Shown: positions 28,323 through 38,562, counted from the stretch's first letter. The stretch is 64,000 nt of DNA from Acidimicrobiales bacterium (GCA_035649535.1 DASRJI010000101.1:1994-65993); one strand, 5' to 3'. Notes: a model not told the origin generated them from the letters alone. Program-made: numbers and translations.

Positions 28323-28967
28323 CTAGTAGCGCTCCGGCGCGGTCGACGGGCCGATGTGCTTGTCGAGCCAGGAGTTGAGGGGTCGGGCGGCGACGAACAC
28401 GTCGACAATGCGCTGCTTGGCCTTGGCGGTTCCGAGCCACGCCGCGACCGGCCACTGCTTCCACGTGATGAGGCCCTTCTGGCGCAACAGCTCGATACGT
28501 GGGTGGTCCTTGGGGTAACCCTTCGGCGCGGTCTTGAGCGCGTCGTGACCGGCGACCTCGAGCCCCGCCTTCCGGCTCGCCTCGACGAGCTTCTCGAGTT
28601 GTGGGCCGGTCTTGTTGTCGGCGACCGCCGCCCGGAACCGCTCGAGCTGGTCGGGCATCGGCATGTAGTAGCCACTGCCGACGCCGAGCCCCTCGCTCGA
28701 CAGTGAGATGTAGCCCCCGGTGGCGACGGTGGCGGCGATGTTGGTCTTGTACGGCGACTTGTCAGCGCTGAACCGCACGTCGCGGTAGGGCCGGAACACC
28801 TTCCCCTCGCCGAAGTCCTTCGCCAGTTCGGCGAGTAGTTCGTCCATCGGGCCACGGACGTTCTTCTCGTAGTCGGCCTTGTGGTCCTGCCAGTACGCCT
28901 TCGTGTTGTCGGCCTCCAGGCCCTCGAAGAACTCGATCGCCTCGGCCGGCCATCCACGAAACGCCAC
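28323..28967 (-). CDS. DUF2461 (TIGR02453) family protein
   Basis: FFEGLEADNTKAYWQDHKADYE, RPYRDVRFSADKSPYK and GGYISLS motifs. Confidence 0.75.
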   Translation of the reverse strand: MAFRGWPAEAIEFFEGLEADNTKAYWQDHKADYEKNVRGPMDELLAELAKDFGEGKVFRPYRDVRFSADKSPYKTNIAATVATGGYISLSSEGLGVGSGYYMPMPDQLERFRAAVADNKTGPQLEKLVEASRKAGLEVAGHDALKTAPKGYPKDHPRIELLRQKGLITWKQWPVAAWLGTAKAKQRIVDVFVAARPLNSWLDKHIGPSTAPERY

Positions 28968-28976
28968 GCCTGTCTC

Positions 28977-29357
28977 CTATTCCTCGTCCACGTAGATCGT
29001 GACCGCATCCGAGCAGTTGCGGGCGACGATCACGACCAACTCCTCGGTGGTCGACGCGTTTTGCTCGACGTGCACCTCGCCGGCGGGGATGTACACGAAG
29101 TCGCCGGCCGCCGCGTCGAGCGTGTTCTCGACGCCGGTAGGCCCCGACGAGAAACTCGCCTGGCCCGACAGCACGTAGATCGCGGTCTCACAGTCGCCGT
29201 GATGGTGCCGACGCGTGGCGGCGCCCGGTGCCGTCGTGACGACCGCTGCGTAGATCCCCGCGCTACCTACGGTGTCGCGACTGATCGCGACTGCTCGCTC
29301 CATATCGCCGTTGTGGGTCGGCGTCCGCAGCCACTCAGTCGCGCCGACACGTCGCAT
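28977..29357 (-). CDS. cupin domain protein
   Basis: HHHGDCETAIYVLSG ... GDFVYIPAGEVH two-motif cupin signature. Confidence 0.7.
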   Translation of the reverse strand: MRRVGATEWLRTPTHNGDMERAVAISRDTVGSAGIYAAVVTTAPGAATRRHHHGDCETAIYVLSGQASFSSGPTGVENTLDAAAGDFVYIPAGEVHVEQNASTTEELVVIVARNCSDAVTIYVDEE

Positions 29358-29403
29358 CGACCGAGGTTTACCATGACGCCACCATCGACAGCTGGGGGCA
29401 GCA

Positions 29404-31563
29404 TTGGTCGAATCCGGAGGCCGCTGGGAGCGGGTCGTGCTCGATCGCCGGGCGCGCGCGGGCGCCTACGCAGTCGCCGGGACGGTGGCCTTCTACGGCG
29501 TGCTCCAGTGGTTCTGGCCCGCGCCGATCGGCGTGCTGCTGCAAGGCGTGGTGATCGGCGGCCTCACGTCGCTCATCGCGTTCGGCATCGTCCTCGTCTA
29601 CCGATCGAACCGCATCCTCAACCTGGCCCAGGGCGACCTCGGCGGGCTGCCCGCGTCGTTAGCGGTGCTGTTGATCCTCGATACCGGGCTGCCCTACGTG
29701 GTCGGGTTCCTCGCCGGGTTGGTTGCCGCGATCGCGCTGGGCGCGATTGTCGAGTTCGTCTTCATCCGTCGGTTCTTCAAGGCGCCGCGGCTGATCCTCA
29801 CCGTCGTGACCATCGGCGTCTCGCAGATCCTCGCTGGCGGCGCGACGGCGCTGCCGCGGGCGTTCGGGCTGACGGTGCCGCCGCAGGACTTCACGTCGCC
29901 GTTCGAATTCACGTTCAACGTCGGGAACACCGTGTTCCATGGCGACGAGGTCGTCGCCATGCTGGCGGTGCCCATCGTCATCGTCGCCCTCGTCGCTTTC
30001 TTCCGATACACGAATGTCGGCATTGCCATCCGGGCCAGCGCCGACAGCGCCGACCGGGCCGCGCTGCTCGGCGTGCCGGTGAAGCGCATCCAGACGGTGG
30101 TGTGGATCGTGGCGGCGACGCTGGCCTACGTCGCCATCTTCCTGCGGGCCGGGATCCTGGGCCTCCCACTGGGCAGTGTCCTCGGGCCGACGATCTTGAT
30201 CCGGGCGCTGGCCGCCGCCGTCGTCGGCCGCATGGAGCGCCTGCCGACCGTGCTGCTCGCGTCGATCGCGCTGGGCGTCCTCGAGGCGTCGATCATCTAC
30301 TCGACCGGTCGGTCGAAGCTCATCGACCCGATCGTGTTCCTCGTCATCCTCGCTGCGCTCTTGCTCCAGCGGCGCCGTGCCTCGTCGCGTGTCGACGATG
30401 ATCAAGCGTCGAGCTGGCACGCGGCGCGTCAGGTGCGACCGATCCCGCGGGAGCTGGCCCGCGTATCCGAGGTCCTGTGGGGATCGCGCCTGTTCACCGG
30501 CGCGCTTCTTCTACTCGCCGTGCTGGCGCCGGCGTACTTCAACGACGGGCGGCTGCACCTGGCGTCGGTCGTCATCATCTTTGCGATCGTGTGCCTGTCG
30601 CTCGTCGTGCTGACCGGCTGGGCCGGCCAGGTGAGCCTCGGCCAACTCGCGTTCGTGGGGATTGGCGCCGCGGTGGGCGGGTACGTGACCGCCGATCGGG
30701 GCTGGGACATGACGCTCGCCCTGGTGATCGCCGGCCTGGCCGGCGCGCTGGCCGCGGTGGTGATCGGGCTGCCGGCGTTGCGGATACCCGGGCTGTTCCT
30801 CGCCGTCGTCACGCTGTCGTTCTCGTTGGCGACGTCGTCGTACCTCCTCGACGAAGACTTCATCCACTGGATACCGGCGCGCCTGTCGATCGCCCGCACG
30901 CCACTGTTCGGGCGCATCGAGGTGAATACCGAAGCGCGCTTCTTCGAGCTGTGCCTTGCTGTGCTGCTCTTGACGATCGCCGCGGTGCGCGGCGTGCGCC
31001 GCAGTCGCGCCGGGCGCGTGCTCATCGGCGTACGCGAGAACCCTCGGGCCGCGCAGTCCTACGGCGTCAACGCCACGACCGTGAAGCTCACCGCCTTCGC
31101 GCTGTCCGGGTTCATCGCCGCGGTCGCCGGCGCGTTGTTCGTCCACCTCCAGGGCGACCTCACTGCCAGCGCGTACAGCGTCGACGCCAGCCGCCGGGCG
31201 TTCGTCATGATCGTCATCGGCGGCCTCGGGTCGATACCGGGCGCGCTCATGGGCGCCACGTTCATCCAGGGTGTCGACTACTTCCGATCGCTCTTCCCCG
31301 AAGTCGTCCGCCCGTACTTGCAGTTCATCACCAGCGGCATCGGGTTGATCTTCGTTCTCCTGTTGTTGCCCGGCGGCTTCAGCCAGCTGTACTACGGGGC
31401 GCGCGATCGCCTGCTGCGGTGGATCGCCCAGCGGCGCGGAATCGACGTTCCCAGCATGGTGGCCGACCGCCGCGTCGACGTCAGTGCCGGCGTCATGCCT
31501 GACGACGAAGTCCTGGCCGAAGGCCTCTCGCACGCAGTGGAACAACTGGAGCCGGTGCCGTGA
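29404..31563 (+). CDS. fused branched-chain-amino-acid-type ABC permease (LivH-like + LivM-like)
   Basis: The N-terminal half resembles LivH (GLTSLIAFGIVLVYRSNRILNLAQGD). The C-terminal half resembles LivM (LTGWAGQVSLGQLAFVGIGA). The TTG start is uncertain. Confidence 0.8.
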   Translation: MVESGGRWERVVLDRRARAGAYAVAGTVAFYGVLQWFWPAPIGVLLQGVVIGGLTSLIAFGIVLVYRSNRILNLAQGDLGGLPASLAVLLILDTGLPYVVGFLAGLVAAIALGAIVEFVFIRRFFKAPRLILTVVTIGVSQILAGGATALPRAFGLTVPPQDFTSPFEFTFNVGNTVFHGDEVVAMLAVPIVIVALVAFFRYTNVGIAIRASADSADRAALLGVPVKRIQTVVWIVAATLAYVAIFLRAGILGLPLGSVLGPTILIRALAAAVVGRMERLPTVLLASIALGVLEASIIYSTGRSKLIDPIVFLVILAALLLQRRRASSRVDDDQASSWHAARQVRPIPRELARVSEVLWGSRLFTGALLLLAVLAPAYFNDGRLHLASVVIIFAIVCLSLVVLTGWAGQVSLGQLAFVGIGAAVGGYVTADRGWDMTLALVIAGLAGALAAVVIGLPALRIPGLFLAVVTLSFSLATSSYLLDEDFIHWIPARLSIARTPLFGRIEVNTEARFFELCLAVLLLTIAAVRGVRRSRAGRVLIGVRENPRAAQSYGVNATTVKLTAFALSGFIAAVAGALFVHLQGDLTASAYSVDASRRAFVMIVIGGLGSIPGALMGATFIQGVDYFRSLFPEVVRPYLQFITSGIGLIFVLLLLPGGFSQLYYGARDRLLRWIAQRRGIDVPSMVADRRVDVSAGVMPDDEVLAEGLSHAVEQLEPVP

Positions 31564-34502
31564 GCCGGCGCCTGTCGCTGCGCGTCGTCACCGAAGGCGC
31601 GCCCGTCCTCCCGCTGCTGGTCCTGTTCGGGCTCAACGCGGTCGATGAGCTCGATCGCAGCGCGTACAACGTGCTGATACCGGAGATCCGGAAGGCGTTC
31701 GACCTCAGCCTGTCCGGCATCACTGCGGTTACCGGCGTGGCGTTGATCGCCGCGTACCTGTTGCAGATCCCGATCGGGTATTACGCCGATCGCCACAGCC
31801 GCGTTCGCATCGCCGGCACCGGCGCCGCCGTGTGGTCGTTCTTCACCCTGCTTACGGGCGTGGCGCCGACGCTGGCGTTGTTGGCTTTGGCTCGCGGCAT
31901 GACCGCGATCGGGCGGGCCGTCAATGACCCCACCCACTTGTCGCTGATCTCCGACTACTACGAGCCCGACGTGCGAGTGAAGGCGTACGGGTTCCACCGC
32001 TTCGCCAACCCGACCGGCCAGATCGTCGGCGCGGCGGGCGGCGGCCTGCTGGCCTACTTCTTCGGTTGGCGCACGCCGTTCATCCTCTTCGCCATCCCGA
32101 CGATGATCCTCATCGCGTTCGCCATCCTCCGGTTGCGCGAACCGGTGCGGGGCGGCATCGACCGGCGCGTCCACGGCGCGTCCGACGACGTGGCCGACAC
32201 CGAGGAGACGCCGCCGTCGTTCGGTGAGGGCTGGCGGATCCTCAACCAGGTCAAGACCCTGCGGCGGATCTGGTTGTCGCTGCCGTTCCTCGCCACGGCG
32301 ATCGCCGGGCTCGGCATCCTGCTGTCGACGTACTACAAGGACGTGTTCAATCTCAACGAGGCACAGCGCGGCATCGTGATCGCGGTGACCCAGCCGTTCG
32401 AGTTCCTCGGCCTGTTGGTCGGCATACCGATCGCCTCGCGCTTGATGCGGCGCGACCCGAGTCTGGTCCTCAAGTTCCTCGCCCTCGCTGGCGTGATCGT
32501 GTCGGCCGGCCTGGCGCTCCTCGCCGGCGCGCCGAACCTCGGCATCGCCATCGCCGCCAACATGCTCGTCGTCGGCGTACTCGGCGTGCTCCTGCCGGGG
32601 ATCTACGCAACCCTTTCGTTGGCCATCCCGCCCAAGGCCCGCTCGCTCGGGTTCTCGATCGGCAGTCTCTACGTCGTCGTCGGGTTGCCGATCGTGTTCG
32701 TGATCGGCGGCATCGCCGACAGTGTCGGCATTCGCGGCGGCATTGTGATGCTCACACCGGTGTTCCTCGTCGGCGCGCTGATCCTGGCGTCGGCCGGCAG
32801 TTTCCTCACGAGCGATATCGACAAGGTGCGGACCGCGGCCGTCGCCCAGGCCGAGGTGCTCGCGGCGAGGCGGCAGGGCGCGGTCAAGCTCCTGCTCGTC
32901 AAGGGGCTCGACGTCGGCTACGACGGCGTGCAGGTGCTGTTCGGCGTCGACTTCGAAGTCGACGCCGGTGAGATCGTCGCCCTCCTCGGCACCAACGGCG
33001 CGGGCAAGTCGACCTTGCTGCGCGCCATCTCGGGCCTGGTGCCGGCGTCGGCCGGTGCTGTTGTGTTCGACGGGGAGGACATGACGTTCGCGCCGCCGCA
33101 CGAAGTCGCGGCGCGCGGTGTGGTGCAGGTACCTGGCGGTCGCGGCGTGTTCCCAAGCCTGACGGTCTCCGAGAACCTGCGCATCGCCGGGTGGCTGTAC
33201 CTGAAGGAGACCGACTACCTGAAGCGGGCCACCGAGGAAGTGCTCGGGTTCTTCCCCGTGCTGCGCGAACGATGGGACCAGCCGGCCGGCAACCTGTCCG
33301 GCGGCGAGCAGCAGATGCTCACGCTCGCCCAGGCGTTCATCGCCCGCCCCCGGTTGCTGATGATCGACGAACTGTCGCTCGGGCTGGCGCCGACGATCGT
33401 CGAACAGCTGCTCACGATCGTGAAGGCGATCCGAGACCGCGGCACGACGATCATCCTGGTCGAGCAGTCGGTGAACGTCGCCCTGACGGTGGCCGAGACC
33501 GCCTACTTCATGGAGAAGGGCGAGATCCGGTTCCGCGGTCGCACCGACGAGTTGCTCCGCCGCCCCGACGTGTTGCGGTCGGTGTTCCTCGAGGGCGCGG
33601 GGTCGGTCAACGGCCTGAACGGAAAACACACCGCGGGAAAGCGACGCGTCGTGCGAGCGGTCGAGGCCAACGGCGACCGCCCGGTTGCGCTCGAGGTCAG
33701 GGGCGTGCGGAAGCGCTTCGGCGGCATCACTGCGGTCGACGAGGTCGATCTCACCCTTCATCAAGGTGAGATCCTCGGCGTGATCGGTCCCAACGGTGCT
33801 GGCAAGACGACGCTGTTCGACCTCATCTCCGGTTTCGTACCGGCGGACGGCGGGCGGGTGACACTGATGGGTGAGGACGTCACCGACATGGGTCCCGACG
33901 CCCGCGCCCGCCGCGGCCTCGGCCGGTCCTTCCAGGACGCGCGGCTGTTCCCCGCCCTGACGGTGACCGAGACGATCAAGCTGGCGCTCGAACGCCACGT
34001 GCTGGTCCGTGATCCGATCGCCGCCGCGTTGTTGCTCCCGGCGGTCGCCGATTCCGAGCGCGATGTCGCGGCGCGCGCCGACAAACTGATCGAGCTCATG
34101 GGCGTCGGCGCCTTCGCCGACAAGTTCGTGTCGGAGCTGTCGACGGGGAGCCGGCGGATCGTCGACCTGGCGTGCGTGCTGGCGCATGAGCCCGACGTCA
34201 TCCTGTTCGACGAGCCGTCGTCGGGCATCGCCCAGCGCGAGACCGAGGCACTCGGGCCGCTGTTGTTGCGCATCCGTGACGCGACCAGCGCCAGCCTCCT
34301 CGTCATCGAGCACGACATGCCGCTCGTGACGTCCATCTCCGATCGCCTCCTCGCCCTCGACATGGGTCGCGTCATCGCGGCCGGCTCACCCACCGACGTC
34401 GTGCGGCACGCCGCGGTGGTGGAGTCGTACTTGGGCACCAGTACTGCAGTCATCGCTCGCTCGGGCACCCGCCCGCGAGCCGCGCGCAAGGGGAAGTCCT
34501 GA
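31560..34502 (+). CDS. three-domain fusion: MFS-like membrane domain + LivF-like ATPase + LivG-like ATPase
   Basis: About aa 1-440 form a 12-TM MFS-like region (GYYADRHSRVR motif A). A LivF-like ATPase follows (GTNGAGKSTLL, LSGGEQQML, LLMIDELSLGL). A LivG-like ATPase follows that (RKRFGGITAV, GPNGAGKTTLF, LSTGSRR, ILFDEPSSG). Confidence 0.8.
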   Translation: MSRRLSLRVVTEGAPVLPLLVLFGLNAVDELDRSAYNVLIPEIRKAFDLSLSGITAVTGVALIAAYLLQIPIGYYADRHSRVRIAGTGAAVWSFFTLLTGVAPTLALLALARGMTAIGRAVNDPTHLSLISDYYEPDVRVKAYGFHRFANPTGQIVGAAGGGLLAYFFGWRTPFILFAIPTMILIAFAILRLREPVRGGIDRRVHGASDDVADTEETPPSFGEGWRILNQVKTLRRIWLSLPFLATAIAGLGILLSTYYKDVFNLNEAQRGIVIAVTQPFEFLGLLVGIPIASRLMRRDPSLVLKFLALAGVIVSAGLALLAGAPNLGIAIAANMLVVGVLGVLLPGIYATLSLAIPPKARSLGFSIGSLYVVVGLPIVFVIGGIADSVGIRGGIVMLTPVFLVGALILASAGSFLTSDIDKVRTAAVAQAEVLAARRQGAVKLLLVKGLDVGYDGVQVLFGVDFEVDAGEIVALLGTNGAGKSTLLRAISGLVPASAGAVVFDGEDMTFAPPHEVAARGVVQVPGGRGVFPSLTVSENLRIAGWLYLKETDYLKRATEEVLGFFPVLRERWDQPAGNLSGGEQQMLTLAQAFIARPRLLMIDELSLGLAPTIVEQLLTIVKAIRDRGTTIILVEQSVNVALTVAETAYFMEKGEIRFRGRTDELLRRPDVLRSVFLEGAGSVNGLNGKHTAGKRRVVRAVEANGDRPVALEVRGVRKRFGGITAVDEVDLTLHQGEILGVIGPNGAGKTTLFDLISGFVPADGGRVTLMGEDVTDMGPDARARRGLGRSFQDARLFPALTVTETIKLALERHVLVRDPIAAALLLPAVADSERDVAARADKLIELMGVGAFADKFVSELSTGSRRIVDLACVLAHEPDVILFDEPSSGIAQRETEALGPLLLRIRDATSASLLVIEHDMPLVTSISDRLLALDMGRVIAAGSPTDVVRHAAVVESYLGTSTAVIARSGTRPRAARKGKS

Positions 34503-36295
34503 TGGATAGCTGGAGAGACGTCACCATCGGTGACCTGACCAACGCATTGCGGCGGTACTTGCCGTTCCTTGCTGCGGTCGTTGCCGTGATGCTGGTCGCG
34601 CTGCTGCTGCCAGGTCACGGCGATCGCAAGGACGACGTCAAGGCCGCCGCCGCGTCGCTCAACGACACGAGTGCGGACAGCGGCGTCACCACGACCGTCC
34701 CCGCCGGTGACGCGGTGACCACCGAAGGCACCGGCGGACTAGTGGACACCGGCGGCGTGACGGCGCGGACACCTGGCACCGGCGCGGTCAAGCTCCCGTC
34801 GGGGGCAGTAGTCGGCCCCGACTGTGACCCGGCCACCGGCCGCATCAAGGTGCTGTCCCTCGTCGCGCCGCCGTGCATGCCGCCGTTCAGCGGGAACAAC
34901 GGCGGCGCTACCGCGTTGGGCGTCACCGCCAAGACGATCAAGGTCATCTACTACCAACCGCAAGAGGATCCAGCCACGACCGCCGCGCTCACGGCCGCCG
35001 GGGCCAACAACACACCGGACCAGCAGTGGCAGACGACCGTTGACTACGTCGACTACTTCAACAAGTTCTACGAGACCTACGGCCGCAAGGTCGTTCTGGA
35101 GCGGCTGCAAGGTAGCGGCGACCCGAGCGACCCGGCGGCGGCCAATGCCGACGCAGCGACCGTCGTGAGCAAGCATCCGTTCGCGGTGTTCGGTGGCAAC
35201 CTGCCGTCGTTCTACGAAGTGCTGGCCCGCAACAAGATCCTGTGCATCTGCACCACATCGCAGCCGCAGGAGACCTACGAGAAGAACGCGCCGTACGTCG
35301 GGTACACCCCGCTCATGGCGTCGACCCAGGCCTACATCCACCGCGCCGAGTACATCGGCAAGCGCCTGGCCGGCCGGAACGCCGTGTTCGCCGGCAGCCC
35401 GGTGCTCAAGGCCAAGCCTCGCGTCTTCGGGCTCCTCTATTACGAGACCCCCGACAAGGCCTACCGGGCCGGCGCCGAGTTCTTCCGCAAGGAGATCACG
35501 AAGTACGGGACCAGTTTCAAGGTCGTGGTCGCGTATCGCGGGCCGCCTGACTACGCCGGGCTCCGCGAGGACGTGCGCCCGCTCATCCAGAAGATGAAGG
35601 ACGAAGGCGTGACGAGCATCGCCTGCGCGTGCGACCCCATCAGCCCCGCGTTGTTCACCCACGAAGCGACGAACCAGCAGTACCAGCCGGAGTGGATCAT
35701 CACCGGTTCGGCGCTCACCGATACCGACCTGTTCGCGCGCACGTACGACCCGTTGCAGTGGTCGCACGCCTTCGGCATCTCGCTGCTCACGGCGCGACTG
35801 CCCAAGGTGCAGGGCGAGGCGTGGAAGATCTACCAGTGGCACTTCAACAAGACGCCGCCGGCCGACAACCAGTACGGCATCCTCTATCCGATACCGCTGG
35901 TGTTCTTCACCGGCCTGCACCTCGCCGGTCCGAACCTGACGGTGCAGAGCTGGCAGAAGGGCTTGTTCAGCTTCCCGGTGACGAACAAGGGCCGCAAGAC
36001 GCAGCCCACGACCTCATACGGGCAACACAACGTGTGGTCGATGGTCGACTACACGGGGGCCGACGACGTCACCGAGATCTGGTGGGACCCCAACACCGTG
36101 GGACCCGACGAGCTCGACAACCAGGGTGCGGGGATGTATCGCTACGTCGACGGCGGCAAGCGGTACTTACCTGGCGAGCACCCGCGTTCGGATCCCAAGC
36201 CGTTCGTGACTGCGGGCACGGTGACGATCTACGACCAACCGCCGCCGGGTGAGACGACGCCGAATTACCCGCACACGCCGTACCACAACCCCTAA
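34502..36295 (+). CDS. membrane-anchored periplasmic-binding-protein (type 1, Liv-like) component
   Basis: The ATG overlaps the previous TGA by 1 nt. It has an N-terminal TM anchor, a low-complexity linker and a large soluble domain. The call rests mainly on operon context. Confidence 0.6.
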   Translation: MDSWRDVTIGDLTNALRRYLPFLAAVVAVMLVALLLPGHGDRKDDVKAAAASLNDTSADSGVTTTVPAGDAVTTEGTGGLVDTGGVTARTPGTGAVKLPSGAVVGPDCDPATGRIKVLSLVAPPCMPPFSGNNGGATALGVTAKTIKVIYYQPQEDPATTAALTAAGANNTPDQQWQTTVDYVDYFNKFYETYGRKVVLERLQGSGDPSDPAAANADAATVVSKHPFAVFGGNLPSFYEVLARNKILCICTTSQPQETYEKNAPYVGYTPLMASTQAYIHRAEYIGKRLAGRNAVFAGSPVLKAKPRVFGLLYYETPDKAYRAGAEFFRKEITKYGTSFKVVVAYRGPPDYAGLREDVRPLIQKMKDEGVTSIACACDPISPALFTHEATNQQYQPEWIITGSALTDTDLFARTYDPLQWSHAFGISLLTARLPKVQGEAWKIYQWHFNKTPPADNQYGILYPIPLVFFTGLHLAGPNLTVQSWQKGLFSFPVTNKGRKTQPTTSYGQHNVWSMVDYTGADDVTEIWWDPNTVGPDELDNQGAGMYRYVDGGKRYLPGEHPRSDPKPFVTAGTVTIYDQPPPGETTPNYPHTPYHNP

Positions 36296-36304
36296 GTCGG
36301 CGAC

Positions 36305-37447
36305 TTAGTCCAGATACCGGAGCGTGCCGCCGGGCACGAGGTGAAGTTGGCGCGCGATCGCGGCCAGGTCGGCGGCCGCGATCGTGCCGAACACCCGCAC
36401 GTAGCGACCGCCGCCAATGAGGGCCCGCACCTCGGCCTGCCGTCCGCTCAGGACGATCTCACCGGGACCGACGGCACCGAGGTCGACCGACTCGTTGTTG
36501 CGATCGACCTGCCACACGGGCTGCCCCTGGAGGGTGGCGCCCCGGTCGACGACGACGATGTCGACGCCGCGCGTGAAGACGTCGCTCACCGACGCGCGCC
36601 GGAAGCCCTCGCGCGTCGCGTCGCTGAAGTTCTCGGGCTGGGGCGGGACCACGGCGAAGCGACCGACGAGCGTGAAACCGGCGGGGGGTTGGTCGAGCTG
36701 CCAGAACTGGCCTGGCGGCACCGACGCCGGGTCGACGGGACGCGTCGATCCGCCACCGCTCTTGACGTCGAGCGTCGGCGGGCCGATGGCGAACGTGTCG
36801 TCGCTCGGCGTGCCCGTCGTATCGACCTTCACCGCGACGCGACGCACGTCGCGGGTGCCGGACTTGACGACCAGTTCCTCGAGAAGGAGGCCGTCGTGGT
36901 CGACGCAGCTGTCGACGTAGCGCTTTGTGGTGGCGCGATAGAGCGACGCGGCGATGAGGCTGTCGCGGCTGCGGAACACCTGACACGTCCGGCCCGCGAC
37001 CTCGCGCCGCTCTCGTCGTTCGAGGTGATGGACGCGAAGCGCATCGGCCACCGCCGTGTCGAGCCGGATGTCAGGTGCCGCCGCGTCGGGCGGCTGCGCG
37101 CTCACCAGGGCCCCGGAACCCGGCCGCTGGATCGCGCTGCGCCCGAGTATCCATCTGTCGAGTGACTCCGGCTCCTGGCCCCGCCGGGCCGCGACAACCG
37201 CGTCGAACGGCCGGCGCACGACGAAACGCTCGGTGCTGACGCGCACCGCGCCGCTGACCCGCTCCTCGAGTCGGTACTGGATGCTGTACGCCGGCGGCGG
37301 CGGGCCGAACCCGACCGGCTGACCGGCGCTGAGCGCGGTCGAGCCGTCGCGACCAATCCTCGCCGGGCGCCGATCGTTGATCGTCGCCGCGACCCACATG
37401 CCGACGATGACGGCGAGGATCAGTGCGGCGACGCGACCCCGGCTCAC
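36305..37447 (-). CDS. hypothetical N-terminally anchored extracytoplasmic protein
   Basis: It has a single N-terminal TM helix (VAALILAVIVGMWVAA) and a 4-nt overlap with the upstream gene. I recognise no motif in it. Confidence 0.5.
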   Translation of the reverse strand: MSRGRVAALILAVIVGMWVAATINDRRPARIGRDGSTALSAGQPVGFGPPPPAYSIQYRLEERVSGAVRVSTERFVVRRPFDAVVAARRGQEPESLDRWILGRSAIQRPGSGALVSAQPPDAAAPDIRLDTAVADALRVHHLERRERREVAGRTCQVFRSRDSLIAASLYRATTKRYVDSCVDHDGLLLEELVVKSGTRDVRRVAVKVDTTGTPSDDTFAIGPPTLDVKSGGGSTRPVDPASVPPGQFWQLDQPPAGFTLVGRFAVVPPQPENFSDATREGFRRASVSDVFTRGVDIVVVDRGATLQGQPVWQVDRNNESVDLGAVGPGEIVLSGRQAEVRALIGGGRYVRVFGTIAAADLAAIARQLHLVPGGTLRYLD

Positions 37448-38562
37448 TGCGGCGCGTTTCCGCGCCGCGCCCGGGCCCGCCGCGTCACCGGCATCCGTCG
37501 ATACGGCGGCTTGCGGTGATCACTCGACCACGGCGCCGGTGGCGCCAGGGTGACCGTCGCCAGTCCCAGCAGCACGGCGTCGTAGTTCACCCGCCACCCG
37601 TTGAAATCGCGCCACGCTTGATCGCGATCGCGCTTGAGCGGGACGCCGGCGTCGGCCATGGTCGCCAGCGCTTCGTCGAACTCCTCGCGCGTAATCGATG
37701 TCTCGTCGTCCGGCGCGGGATCGGCGTCGTACGGGATGTTGAAGAAGTCGGCGATGCGCCGGAGGGCGAGAAACCCGGCCCGGATGCAGAGCTGGGCGCG
37801 CGGCGAGTTGGGGGTGTCGACCGACGACTCCATCAGGGCCACGCCGTCGAGCACCGTTCCCGCCGCGGTGACCCACGAGCGCCCTGGCAGCGGCGACCGG
37901 TAGAAGGGGAGGGCGGCCAGGCTCAGGTGGCTCTCCTCGACGTCGACGAACCACGCCTCCCAGTCGCTCCACAGGTCGTCGAGCTGGTCGAAGGCGCCGA
38001 TGGCGTGGAAGCGGATGATCATCGTCGGCGCCCACGGCGCTCGTCCCTCGCGACCAGCGCGACTTGCGAGCAGCGCAACCTGCGCTTCGCGGCGAGCGAA
38101 GGCGGCGTACATGCTCGGTAGGTAGGTGATCAGCAGGGCGAGCGACGCGATCCCGAGGGCGGCTTCGGAGAACGCGAGGAAGGTCGCCGGGAGGCCGCTG
38201 GGGTGGGCAAAGCCGAGCGTGAACATCGACGAGCCACTGGCGTTGATCGCGGCGCGCCATCCCTGGTCGTTCACGGACCAGAACATGACCGTGTAGGAGG
38301 CGCCGATGACGGTCAGCCACACGACCGGGAGGAACAGCAGGCTCAGCGGCGCGAACAGGGCCAGCGTGTCGTCGGTGGCCCGCTCGGTGCGACGAAGACG
38401 GGCCACCCGCACGATGAAGAACCGGACGACGAGGAACGCCGCCCGCGAGAGCCGGACCTGGGCGGCCCGGGGGAGCACGAAGGTGTGGACGGCCGACAGT
38501 GTCGTGCTCGCCGCGGTGAGGGCGGCGATGGCGAAGGCCGCTATGCGGAGAACGAGCACCAC
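37444..38562 (-). CDS. membrane protein with K-channel-like pore module (degenerate filter) and cytoplasmic domain
   Basis: It has an outer helix, then a pore-helix/filter-like segment INASGSSMFTLGFAHPSGLP, an inner helix and a soluble tail of about 200 aa. Confidence 0.5.
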   Translation of the reverse strand: MVLVLRIAAFAIAALTAASTTLSAVHTFVLPRAAQVRLSRAAFLVVRFFIVRVARLRRTERATDDTLALFAPLSLLFLPVVWLTVIGASYTVMFWSVNDQGWRAAINASGSSMFTLGFAHPSGLPATFLAFSEAALGIASLALLITYLPSMYAAFARREAQVALLASRAGREGRAPWAPTMIIRFHAIGAFDQLDDLWSDWEAWFVDVEESHLSLAALPFYRSPLPGRSWVTAAGTVLDGVALMESSVDTPNSPRAQLCIRAGFLALRRIADFFNIPYDADPAPDDETSITREEFDEALATMADAGVPLKRDRDQAWRDFNGWRVNYDAVLLGLATVTLAPPAPWSSDHRKPPYRRMPVTRRARARRGNAPQ

